This document shows positions 37,831-46,739 of a stretch of 64,000 bases of DNA, piece after piece. The stretch spans positions 6,832 through 70,831 of the forward strand of contig JANQFG010000265.1 of the NCBI GenBank assembly GCA_028277985.1. The letters are read 5' to 3'. The notes under the pieces are model-generated. The model was given only the letters and a program-made list of their open reading frames with translations. It had not been told where the DNA came from and did not search any database. A program made the translations under genes and the position numbers. This DNA comes from a bacterium. Its GTDB lineage: Bacteria > Desulfobacterota > DSWW01. How positions within the stretch are numbered: position 1 is the stretch's first letter; the number at the start of each line of letters is the position of its first letter.

Positions 37831-37846
37831 GCGGGCACGGGCACGG
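37831..37846. repeat. Hexamer micro-repeat GCGGGCACGGGCACGG
   Basis: Preceded by another GAAGTGGC heptamer copy at 37824-37831. It lies 59 nt upstream of the SDR gene start. Confidence 0.55.
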
Positions 37847-37904
37847 ATGGGGAGGAATACCTGACAGGTTATTGAGTGGGAGGAAGAGAGGGGAAGGGTT
37901 CTCC

Positions 37905-38729
37905 ATGGGCTTGCTCGACGGCAAAGTGGCGGTTGTGACGAATTCCGGTACCGAGGTGGGGCAGGCCATCGCCCTCCTGATGGCCGACGAAGGCGCCCGC
38001 CTGGTGGTGCACGATTCCGAAACCCTTGCGCAGGAGATCCGGGAAAGGGGAAGTGAGGCTGTGGCCTTCATGGTACCCGTGTCCTCCTGGGAAGGAAGCC
38101 ACGATCTGGTCCAAACCGCAGTGGAGCATTTCGGTCGGCTGGATATGCTGGTCAACAACGCGGACCACACCACGGGCATCCGGGATCGGTTGCTATCCGA
38201 CATGAGCAAAGAGGAGTGGGAGGGAGTTGCGAAGGCTCAACTCAAGGCCTCGTTTCTCTGTGCCCGGGCCGCGGCTCCGCAGATGCGAAGCCAACGTCAG
38301 GGCCGCCTCATTCACTTTGCCCTTCCCGAAGCTCTCATCGGGGGCACGGGGCGTACCCATCAGGGGGCAGCCCAGATGGCTGTCGTAGGTCTAAGTCGCA
38401 ACGCAGCCATAGAACTGGAGCGATACCATGTAACCTCGAATTGTATCGTCCCCTGCGACGGGCCCGGAGGGGGGCCGGAGCCGACGGATGTGGCCCCGCT
38501 GGCCGTCTTCCTGGGCAGTGATGCTGCCGAGGGCATTTCCGGCCAGATCTTCGGTGTTAGGGCAAAGGAGATCTTCCTCTTCTCCCAGCCCCGTATCCAA
38601 CGTAGCATCCACAATTCACGGGGGTGGACGCCGGAGAGGCTTTCTGCGATATTCGAAACGACCATGGGGCCCCATTTCACTCCCTTGGAGTCCTCGGACG
38701 CTTATTTCTCGTGGGATTTGGACCTGTAG
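37905..38729 (+). CDS. SDR-fold protein lacking the catalytic and cofactor motifs (predicted pseudoenzyme subunit)
   Basis: Paralog of the next gene, but TGAGRGLG is replaced by TNSGTEVG, NNAG by NNAD, and NYGAAK by HQGAAQ. Confidence 0.75.
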   Translation: MGLLDGKVAVVTNSGTEVGQAIALLMADEGARLVVHDSETLAQEIRERGSEAVAFMVPVSSWEGSHDLVQTAVEHFGRLDMLVNNADHTTGIRDRLLSDMSKEEWEGVAKAQLKASFLCARAAAPQMRSQRQGRLIHFALPEALIGGTGRTHQGAAQMAVVGLSRNAAIELERYHVTSNCIVPCDGPGGGPEPTDVAPLAVFLGSDAAEGISGQIFGVRAKEIFLFSQPRIQRSIHNSRGWTPERLSAIFETTMGPHFTPLESSDAYFSWDLDL

Positions 38730-38735
38730 GGGGGT

Positions 38736-38765
38736 GGCATGGGCACGGGTACGCGTACGGGCAGG
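38736..38765. repeat. Hexamer micro-repeat GGCATG GGCACG GGTACG CGTACG GGCAGG
   Basis: Read directly in the spacer between the two SDR genes. Confidence 0.55.
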
Positions 38766-38834
38766 AGAGGGACATGACCGTCAAACGTCAACAAACCCTG
38801 TTTGAGAATCTGGAGCAAGGCAAAGGGGTGCCAA

Positions 38835-39752
38835 GTGGGCATACTCGATGGTAAGGTTGCTGTGGTCACGGGTGCCGGCAGGGGACTCGGCCGGGGCATG
38901 GCCCTTCATCTAGCCCGTGAAGGGGCAAGGGTCGTGGTGAATGATCTAGGGGGGTCCGTGCACGGAGAGGGCAAGGACGGATCGGTAGCCGAACAGGTGG
39001 TGGATGAGATCAGGGCAGACGGCGGCGAAGCCGCGGCAAATGCCGATACGGTGGCTTCCTGGGAGGGTGGACAGCGAATCGTGCAAACGGCCTTCGATCT
39101 GTATGGTCGTTTGGACATCCTGATCAACAATGCCGGCATTCTGCGGGATCAGCCCTTTTGGAGGATGACCGAAGAGGAATGGGATGCTGTTCTTGACGTA
39201 CATCTCATGGGTTCGTTCCACTGTACGCGTGCTGCGGTACCCTTCATGCAGCAACAGAAATGGGGGCGGGTCCTTTTCATCACTTCCACCGCCGGGTTCA
39301 TCGGGACCATAGGACAGTGCAATTACGGTGCAGCCAAGATGGGGGTGCTCGGGCTGAGCCGCAGCCTCGCTGTGGAAATGCAGGAATACAACATCACCTC
39401 CAACTGTATCGCCCCTTTTGCCTGGACGAGGATCCCGGCCTCCATTCCTGCGGTAACGGATGAGATCAAGGAAAGTGTGGATCGTCTGTTCAAGGACATG
39501 GAGCCGGAGGACGTGTCACCCCTGGCCGTCTTTCTCGCGGGGGAGGGCGCGGATGGGATATCGGGGCAGGTTTTCGGTGTTCGGGGCAAGGAGATCTACA
39601 CATTCAACCAGCCCCGGGTGGTACGCAGCATTCACAAGGCGGAAGGCTGGAGCGCACGGGATCTCGCCGATCTGATCGGGCCCACGTTCAAACAGCATTT
39701 GACACCTCTAGATAATTCGATCACCTTTTTCGATTGGGACGCTCTCTTGTAG
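38835..39752 (+). CDS. SDR-family dehydrogenase, MFE-2/hydroxyacyl-CoA-dehydrogenase-like (catalytically intact)
   Basis: GTG start. Motifs TGAGRGLGRGMA, NNAGILRD, ITSTAG and NYGAAKMGVLGLSRSLAVE are all present. Confidence 0.8.
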   Translation: MGILDGKVAVVTGAGRGLGRGMALHLAREGARVVVNDLGGSVHGEGKDGSVAEQVVDEIRADGGEAAANADTVASWEGGQRIVQTAFDLYGRLDILINNAGILRDQPFWRMTEEEWDAVLDVHLMGSFHCTRAAVPFMQQQKWGRVLFITSTAGFIGTIGQCNYGAAKMGVLGLSRSLAVEMQEYNITSNCIAPFAWTRIPASIPAVTDEIKESVDRLFKDMEPEDVSPLAVFLAGEGADGISGQVFGVRGKEIYTFNQPRVVRSIHKAEGWSARDLADLIGPTFKQHLTPLDNSITFFDWDALL

Positions 39753-39769
39753 CAAAGGATCGTCACGCA

Positions 39770-40960
39770 ATGAGCGAGGAAAGAGAGGAATCTGAGGGGC
39801 ATCTGGATATTCCGATTCCCTTTGAAGAGTTGCCTCCCCACAGACAGAAACGGATCCGACGGTACGTCTATCTCGGTGGTCTGGTGTTTCTGGTGCTGGT
39901 CGTTACCTTCGTGGCCGGACTGTTTGGCGTTACGGCGAAGAAGAAGCGGCAGGCGGTGGAGGAGTGGCAGTCTCCGGGCATACCGGTGAGGGTGCTCGAA
40001 ATGGCGGCTGTCGACCTGAACGAGGTCGTAGAGGCGACCGGTGTGATTCAGGCCCGACAGGAGGTCACCGTGTACCCGGAGGTCACGGCCAAGGTGACGC
40101 GAATCGAGGCGGACCTGGGCGACACGGTTGGGAAGGACTCGCCCCTGGTCATCCTGGACGACGAGTTGATGGGCCTGCGGGTAAAGCAGATTCGGGCCCA
40201 GATCACGAAGCTCACGGCCATGTGCGAGGACGCCGAGAAGAGCCTGAAACGAAAGGAGAAGCTCTTTCGGCGGAAGACCGTCTCCGAGTCGGATCTGGAT
40301 CAGGCGATTCTGGCCGATCAGACGAATCGAGGATTGCTCGAAGAGGCGAATGCACAACTCGAAATGGCACTCTACGATCTTCGACATGCGACGGTCCGGT
40401 GCCCGATTCAGGGGAACGTTACGGAACGATTCCTCGAAGTGGGCAGCCTCGCCTCGCCCAAAACGGCGGTAGCCAGAATCGTCAATATCGACCAGGTCAA
40501 GGTCGAGGTCGGGTTGGTCGACGATGAGGTGAAGCGGGTGCGGGTGGGCCAGGAAGTGGACCTCCGGGTGGACGCCTTTCCGGATCAAGTATTCATGGGA
40601 CACGTGACCGCCGTCGGGAGCCAGGCGGATGCCCAGACCCTGACATTCCCCGTCCGCGTAGAGTGGGAAAACAGAGAGCATCAGCTCCTGCCCGGTATGA
40701 TCGCGAGGGTTTCGATCCGGGTCGAGCGCCACAAGGGGGCTCTCGTTGTTCCAAGAGAGATTATTCGCGACGAGGGAGGTCGCCTCGCCGTGTTTGTTGT
40801 CGAGGATTCAACAGCCAGGAAGCGTTTCGTCACCCTGGGCCCCCGGGAAAAGGAGAATGTGGTTGTATCCTCCGGACTCGAGGAAGGGGACAGGGTGGTT
40901 TGGGTAGGGCACGAAATCCTCGACGATGGATTGAAAGTTCAGATCGACACGGGAGAATGA
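39770..40960 (+). CDS. RND efflux periplasmic adaptor (HlyD/MFP family)
   Basis: N-terminal TM helix, a coiled-coil hairpin region, and a barrel region (VRCPIQGNVTERFLEVGS...VFVVEDSTARKRFVTLG). Confidence 0.8.
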   Translation: MSEEREESEGHLDIPIPFEELPPHRQKRIRRYVYLGGLVFLVLVVTFVAGLFGVTAKKKRQAVEEWQSPGIPVRVLEMAAVDLNEVVEATGVIQARQEVTVYPEVTAKVTRIEADLGDTVGKDSPLVILDDELMGLRVKQIRAQITKLTAMCEDAEKSLKRKEKLFRRKTVSESDLDQAILADQTNRGLLEEANAQLEMALYDLRHATVRCPIQGNVTERFLEVGSLASPKTAVARIVNIDQVKVEVGLVDDEVKRVRVGQEVDLRVDAFPDQVFMGHVTAVGSQADAQTLTFPVRVEWENREHQLLPGMIARVSIRVERHKGALVVPREIIRDEGGRLAVFVVEDSTARKRFVTLGPREKENVVVSSGLEEGDRVVWVGHEILDDGLKVQIDTGE

Positions 40961-41005
40961 CCCGTTCATTTCACTGCTGTCTGAAGACCGGGAGTCCCTT
41001 TCCGC

Positions 41006-44000
41006 GTGAGCGTTGCCGAGTTCTCCGTAAGGAATACAGTGCTCGTGAACATCCTGATGATCGCCATCCTGGTCATCGGTGTGTTCTCTTTTATCCACCT
41101 TCCTCGTGAACTGCTCAGTGAAGTCTCCCTGAACTGGGCCATGGTCATCGCCCCGTATCGTGGAGCCTCGCCCAAGGAAATCGAACAGCTCGTTACGATT
41201 CCGATCGAAGACGAGATCAAGGACATCGACGGCATAGACTTCATCTCCTCCAAATCCACCGAAGGCTACACGGTCTTGGATGTCAAGTTCGAGGAGATGA
41301 GCAAAGCGGACTTCCGCTATGCCATCCAGGAACTCAAGAGCCGTGTGGACGGCATCGATGACCTGCCCGAGGATGTGGATGACATCGAGGTGAACGAGTT
41401 CGACACCTCGGATGTGCTTCCGGTCATCAACATCACGGTGAGCGGCAGCATTCCGGAAAGGCAGCTCAGGGACATTGCGGATCACCTTACCGATCAGATC
41501 AGGGACATCCCACACGTATCCCAGGTGGAGAAGATGGGGATGCGGGATCGAGAGATCTGGGTGGAGGTGGACCCGCAGCGGATGTACAACTTCGACCTGA
41601 CGTTTCCGGAAGTGATGCAGGCTGTGGCGGTCAAGAACCTGAATGTGCCGGGTGGGAAGCTGCGGTCCGGACGAAGCGAGTTTCTGCTTCGGACCGTGGG
41701 GGAGATCGACGCCGCCGAAGACCTGAGACAGGTGATCCTTCGCCAGACCCCGGGCGGCCGACAGGTGGCGGTCAGCGATGTGGCCGAAGTGAACGAGACA
41801 TACGACAGCGACATGGGGACGATCTCACGCATGGATGGGCGTCCGTCCATCACCCTGTCCGTTTCCAAGAAGTCGGCCGGGAATTCGTTAAGAATCATTG
41901 AAGAGGTCAAGCAGGTCGTCAGGGAGACGAGCGACCGACTCCATGGCGAGGTGAACCTCGGGGGAACGGTGGAGTTCGACGTAGACAGCCGTGAGCACTT
42001 TCTGAAGTTCACCTCCTCCTGGGACAGTTCGATCGATATCGAGGACAGCCTGGGTACGCTCGAGAACAATGCGATGGTGGGACTCGGTATCGTGCTGGTG
42101 CTGCTCTACTTCTTCCTCGGACTCAGGTATGCCTTCATCGCTGCACTCGGAATGACCCTCTCCTTTCTGGGTACCTTCATCTTCATGTCCTATACCGGCA
42201 TTTCGTTCAACGGGAATTCCCTTTTCGGGCTCGTCCTGGTCATGGGAATCGTAGTGGACGACGCAATCATCATCCTCGAGAACTGCTATCGGTACCTCGG
42301 GATGGGTTTCAGCTCCAGGGAAGCCGCCATACGGGGGGCGAACGAGGTGGTTGCCCCGGTAACCTCTGCGATCCTGACGACGATCTCCGCGTTCCTGCCC
42401 CTTATGTTGTTACCCGGCGTGATCGGCAGATTCATGCGGGTCATCCCCCTGGTGGTCTCTATGGCCCTGATCGCTTCGCTGATAGAGGCATTCGTCATTC
42501 TCCCCACGCATTTTGCCGAATGGACCGGGTCGAAACCGTCGGTCAAGAAGAATCGCCTTCTGGATTTGCTGAACCACTACTATCCTCGGATTCTGAGAGG
42601 GAGCCTGCGGTTTCGGTATGTCTTCGTCGGTGTGGGCCTTCTGACCTGTCTCGCTTCCGCTTTCCTGATTCCGTCTCTCGGAGTCGACCTGTTCCAGGGC
42701 GATGAGTTGCCGCGATTCATGGTGTACGTGGAGATGCCCACAGGTACGAGCCTCGAGGTCACAGACGGTGTGATTCGACGCATCGAGGAGGAAGCGCTGA
42801 CCCTGCCCAGGGACGACGTCACTTCCGTGGTGGCCGTCGCCGGACTCATGCAGGAGGAGGACTGGACGGTCACGTCCTCTGTGGGCCAGATCATCGTGGA
42901 TCTGAAGCCTGCCTCGGAACGAAAGCGCAGTGTCGAGGAATTGATGGACATGCTGCGCCGCAGGACAGCGCACATCAGCGGGCCGAAAAACGTTCGATTC
43001 AAGAAGATGATCAGCGGACCGCCGACCGGCAAGCCGGTGGAGATCAAGGTGAAGGGAAAGGACTTCGTCAAACTGAAGGAAATAGCGGATCTGCTCAAGG
43101 CGGAGCTGCGAAAGATGCCGGGCGTGTACGACGTGGGCGACAATTTCTCTCCGGGCAAGCAGGAAATCAAGATTCGGCTCGACGAGGACAAGGCGGGGCT
43201 CTTCGGCCTGAGTGTAGCCCAGGTGGCGGAGACGATCCAGGCCGCGTATCAGGGAGGGGAGGCCTCGATCTGGCGGGACAAGGATGAGGAGGTGAAGATC
43301 TACGTGAAGCTCGCAGAGCAATGGCGCAGACACCCGGAGGATCTCCTGCGCCTCAAGATCGGGACCCCCACCGGGTTTCACGTGCCTTTGAGCAAGATAG
43401 CCCATCTGGATATCGAACAGGGATACGCGGAGATCAGGCGCTTCAAGAACGAGAGGGCCATCACCGTACATGCGGAAATAGACAAGAAACAGACGAGCGC
43501 CATCGAGGTGAACAGCGAAATCGAGGAGAAGGGGGGAGATCTCCTGGCTCGCTTCCCCGGATACCAGATCGATTTCGAAGGGGAGTTCAGAGAGTTTCGA
43601 GAAACCTTCGACAACATCCTGCAGCTCTTCATGGTCGGTGTGTTCCTCATCTACCTGATCCTGTCCGGACAGTTCCGGAGTTTTGTCCAACCTCTGATCA
43701 TCCTGTTCACCGTTCCCTTCGCATTCCTGGGCGCCATGGTGGGGATTCTGATCATAGGGGCCAAGTTCTCGACGATCACCATGTACGGAATCGTGGCGCT
43801 GGCAGGGATCGCGGTGAACGATGCGATCGTGCTGATCACGTTCATCAACAATGCCAGGGCGCGAGGGGCGAGCCGGTATGCTTCGGTGGTGGAGGCGGGG
43901 ATGCTCAGGCTACGGCCGATCATTCTGACGAGTTTTACCACGATCGGCGGGCTGCTCCCCATGGCGGTCGGTCTGGGCGGACATTCGGAGAGTTGGGCGC

Positions 44001-44158
44001 CTCTGGCGAATACGATCATCTGGGGAATGATGTCGGCCACAACCCTGACCTTGTTGATCATACCTGCCGTGTACACGATCATTGTCGACGATATCGCTAC
44101 ACCGATCCGGCTGAGAATTCGATCGCTGTTGAACCTCCCGGAGGAAGCCCACCCATAA
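41006..44158 (+). CDS. RND efflux permease (AcrB/HAE family)
   Basis: 1050 aa with 12-TM RND topology. N-terminus reads FSVRNTVLVNILMIAILVIGVFSF. Conserved GIVVDDAIIILEN and GIAVNDAIVLI motifs are present. Confidence 0.9.
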   Translation: MSVAEFSVRNTVLVNILMIAILVIGVFSFIHLPRELLSEVSLNWAMVIAPYRGASPKEIEQLVTIPIEDEIKDIDGIDFISSKSTEGYTVLDVKFEEMSKADFRYAIQELKSRVDGIDDLPEDVDDIEVNEFDTSDVLPVINITVSGSIPERQLRDIADHLTDQIRDIPHVSQVEKMGMRDREIWVEVDPQRMYNFDLTFPEVMQAVAVKNLNVPGGKLRSGRSEFLLRTVGEIDAAEDLRQVILRQTPGGRQVAVSDVAEVNETYDSDMGTISRMDGRPSITLSVSKKSAGNSLRIIEEVKQVVRETSDRLHGEVNLGGTVEFDVDSREHFLKFTSSWDSSIDIEDSLGTLENNAMVGLGIVLVLLYFFLGLRYAFIAALGMTLSFLGTFIFMSYTGISFNGNSLFGLVLVMGIVVDDAIIILENCYRYLGMGFSSREAAIRGANEVVAPVTSAILTTISAFLPLMLLPGVIGRFMRVIPLVVSMALIASLIEAFVILPTHFAEWTGSKPSVKKNRLLDLLNHYYPRILRGSLRFRYVFVGVGLLTCLASAFLIPSLGVDLFQGDELPRFMVYVEMPTGTSLEVTDGVIRRIEEEALTLPRDDVTSVVAVAGLMQEEDWTVTSSVGQIIVDLKPASERKRSVEELMDMLRRRTAHISGPKNVRFKKMISGPPTGKPVEIKVKGKDFVKLKEIADLLKAELRKMPGVYDVGDNFSPGKQEIKIRLDEDKAGLFGLSVAQVAETIQAAYQGGEASIWRDKDEEVKIYVKLAEQWRRHPEDLLRLKIGTPTGFHVPLSKIAHLDIEQGYAEIRRFKNERAITVHAEIDKKQTSAIEVNSEIEEKGGDLLARFPGYQIDFEGEFREFRETFDNILQLFMVGVFLIYLILSGQFRSFVQPLIILFTVPFAFLGAMVGILIIGAKFSTITMYGIVALAGIAVNDAIVLITFINNARARGASRYASVVEAGMLRLRPIILTSFTTIGGLLPMAVGLGGHSESWAPLANTIIWGMMSATTLTLLIIPAVYTIIVDDIATPIRLRIRSLLNLPEEAHP

Positions 44159-44174
44159 CGAGAAAGAGGACACC

Positions 44175-44600
44175 ATGGACGAGAAGAAACTTCAGACGCT
44201 GCTGGACCGAATGGAGATCATCGACACACAGAATCGCTACGCAACCGGAGTCGACACCCGGGACCGGGATTTGTATCGTTCCTGCTTCACGGACGAAATG
44301 GAATTGGACATGTCCGGGATGGGCCTGGGTGAGCCGATGACCCTATCCGCGGACATGTGGGTTGACCAGGCCATATCGCTGGTCAGCGGGTTCGAATCTA
44401 CCCAGCATATCATCACCAACCACGTGATCAGCATCGAAGGGGATAGGGCGACCTGCGTCGCCTATCTGCAGGCTCAGCACTATAACCCTGAGAACATGTA
44501 CACGGTGGGAGGCTACTACAGCAACTCGCTTGTCAGAACCCCTGACGGCTGGAAAATCAGCAAACTCAAGCTGACCCCTGCCTGGACGCAAAACACATAG
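44175..44600 (+). CDS. NTF2/SnoaL-like domain protein
   Basis: 141 aa. Contains LLDRMEIIDTQNRYATGVDTRDRDLYRSCFTDE...GGYYSNSLVRTPDGWKISKLKL. Confidence 0.65.
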   Translation: MDEKKLQTLLDRMEIIDTQNRYATGVDTRDRDLYRSCFTDEMELDMSGMGLGEPMTLSADMWVDQAISLVSGFESTQHIITNHVISIEGDRATCVAYLQAQHYNPENMYTVGGYYSNSLVRTPDGWKISKLKLTPAWTQNT

Positions 44601-44714
44601 CAGAGTGATACGGAGTGCTCTTTCGGGCGCCGGCGTGGGTCCAGGCGGGAAAGATGGGCCGAAGAGCCTGCAAACGGAACGGGGGAAACGCGTTCGCAAG
44701 GGGAGAGGAGATCC

Positions 44715-46559
44715 ATGATGGCGTACAGAGTAGACATGAGAGATATCCACTTCAATCTGTTTGAGAAACTCGACATTGGGAACCTATGTGCCTTCGAGGC
44801 TTACAAGGACTTCTCCACGGACGACTACAAGATGATCTTGAACGAAGCTGAAAAGCTCGCCGTCAATGTGATTGCGCCCACCCTGGCACCTACGGACAAG
44901 GATGGGGCGAAGTTCGTGGAAGGGCAGGTCGTGGTTCCGGAGGAGGTGCGGGACACACTGCATAAGTTCAACGAGGGAGGCTGGGGAGCAGTGAGCGCCT
45001 CCCCTGAATTCGGAGGGCAGGGCCTGCCGGCGACCCTGGCCGTGGGTACAGGGGACATACTCGTTGCCGCCAATACGGGCTTCAGCGGCTATCAGGGGCT
45101 AACGAGTGCCACGGCCAATCTGATCGCGGAAGAAGGATCGGACTACCTGAAAGAGACCTATTGCGAAAAGATGCTCACAGGAGTCTGGGCCGGGGCCATG
45201 GTCCTCACCGAGGCCCAGGCGGGCAGCGCCGTAGGCGATATCAAGACCTCGGCCAAACGAGATGGAGACACCTATCTCCTGACAGGCAACAAGATATTCA
45301 TCTCCGGCGGGGATCACGACATGAACGAGAACATGGTCCATGTCCTTCTGGCCCGCGTGGAAGGGGCCCCGCCGGGTATCAAGGGTCTGAGCCTGTTCGT
45401 GGCGCCCAAATATCTTGTCAACCCGGATGGGACGATCGGCCAATTCAACCATCTGAAGGCTACAGGCGTAGAAGAGAAAATGGGGATGCACGCTTCTGCA
45501 ACCTGTTCGATCTCGTATGGAGAAGACGGCCCGTGCAGAGCCTGGATTATCGGTGAGGAGAACCAGGGTATCCAGATCATGTTCAAGCTGATGAACCATG
45601 CACGCCTTGGAGTCGGCATGCAGGGGGTTTCTCAGGCGGCGGCCGCGTATCAGCTTGCCCTTGACTACGCCAAAGAACGCATTCAAGGGACTCGCATTGA
45701 AGACGTGAGAGATGCTTCCGCGCCGAGCGTGCCCATTGTCGAGCATCCGGATGTTCGTCGCATGCTGTTGACCCAGAAGGCTGTCGTCGAAGCCACTCGG
45801 AGCCTGGTCTATTCTGTTTCCTATTGGCTCGATCGTGTGAACAACACCACCGATGATGAAGAAAGGCAACGTTACAGCGATCTCGTGGAGTTGCTCACGC
45901 CCATTTGCAAGGGTTATTCCACGGAGATGGCTTTCCATTCCATCACCCTCGCGTTACAGGTTCACGGCGGGTACGGATACTGCGAGGAATACGGAGTCTC
46001 CGTACTCCTGCGAGACGCAAAAATCGGTACCATCTATGAAGGCACCACCGGCATCCAGGCTATGGATCTCCTGGGACGCAAAGTGGCGATGCAGAAGGGT
46101 CGGCTGTTCCAGAATTTTGTAGGCCTGTTGAGTGATTTTGTGAAGAGCAACATCGCTCATCCGGAGCTGGAAAGGCATTTCAAGCTCCTGGGTGAGGCGA
46201 AGGACCAGCTGGTTGCTACCACGATTACGTTGGGAACAAAAGGAATGGGAGGCGATATCGCCTATCCATTGCAGTATGCCACCCCTTATCTGTTCATGTT
46301 CGGTCATGTGGCCTGCAGCTATTTCATCCTTGATCAGGCCCTGCTGGCGTATGAGAAGCTGCAAGCCATATACGAGGAAAAGGGGATTCGGGACGACGGG
46401 GGGAAAGCGCAGCTGGTGCAAGCACATGGCGACGCGAAATTCTATTTCAACAAGATCGAGACAGCCAAGTTCTTTGTTGCCAACATCCTGCCGGATGTGT
46501 ACGGGATCGCCAGGTCGGCGGAATCGGACGACAAGAGTCCGATGCATATCGTTTTTTAG
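44715..46559 (+). CDS. Long-form acyl-CoA dehydrogenase (~600 aa class)
   Basis: Contains GWGAVSASPEFGGQGLP, TEAQAGSAVGDIKTSA, KIFISGGDHD and MQGVSQAAAAYQLALDYAKERIQG. Confidence 0.85.
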   Translation: MMAYRVDMRDIHFNLFEKLDIGNLCAFEAYKDFSTDDYKMILNEAEKLAVNVIAPTLAPTDKDGAKFVEGQVVVPEEVRDTLHKFNEGGWGAVSASPEFGGQGLPATLAVGTGDILVAANTGFSGYQGLTSATANLIAEEGSDYLKETYCEKMLTGVWAGAMVLTEAQAGSAVGDIKTSAKRDGDTYLLTGNKIFISGGDHDMNENMVHVLLARVEGAPPGIKGLSLFVAPKYLVNPDGTIGQFNHLKATGVEEKMGMHASATCSISYGEDGPCRAWIIGEENQGIQIMFKLMNHARLGVGMQGVSQAAAAYQLALDYAKERIQGTRIEDVRDASAPSVPIVEHPDVRRMLLTQKAVVEATRSLVYSVSYWLDRVNNTTDDEERQRYSDLVELLTPICKGYSTEMAFHSITLALQVHGGYGYCEEYGVSVLLRDAKIGTIYEGTTGIQAMDLLGRKVAMQKGRLFQNFVGLLSDFVKSNIAHPELERHFKLLGEAKDQLVATTITLGTKGMGGDIAYPLQYATPYLFMFGHVACSYFILDQALLAYEKLQAIYEEKGIRDDGGKAQLVQAHGDAKFYFNKIETAKFFVANILPDVYGIARSAESDDKSPMHIVF

Positions 46560-46590
46560 TGGCCGTGGCGAGTGACGAGTGACAAGTGGT
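46557..46590. repeat. Heptamer array TAGTGGC CGTGGC GAGTGAC GAGTGAC AAGTGGT starting on the TAG stop
   Basis: Same RAGTGRC unit as at 37632, again anchored at a TAG stop codon. Confidence 0.65.
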
Positions 46591-46659
46591 TCGGGGAAAA
46601 ACGCGATGTTTAGGGGCTTCTTACGCGAGTTAGGAGGCGGGGAGGGCCTGTTGACACCG

Positions 46660-46691
46660 GCCACTTGCCACTCTCGTGGTGCCTGTGCCTG
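46660..46691. repeat. Inverted copy of the heptamer (GCCACTT GCCACTC) plus inverted hexamer repeat (GTGCCTGTGCCT)
   Basis: Read directly in the convergent intergenic region. Confidence 0.55.
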
Positions 46692-46739
46692 AAATCGAGA
46701 TCCTGAGCGGTAATCGGTCTGTGGAGAGAAGCAGAGAGA

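Noticed and set aside
46583-46667. A bidirectional intrinsic terminator formed by CAAGTGG / CCACTTG between the convergent genes.
   Set aside because: The stem is only 7 bp, the loop is about 71 nt, and there is no U-tract, which is too weak to call a terminator. I report it as an inverted repeat copy only.
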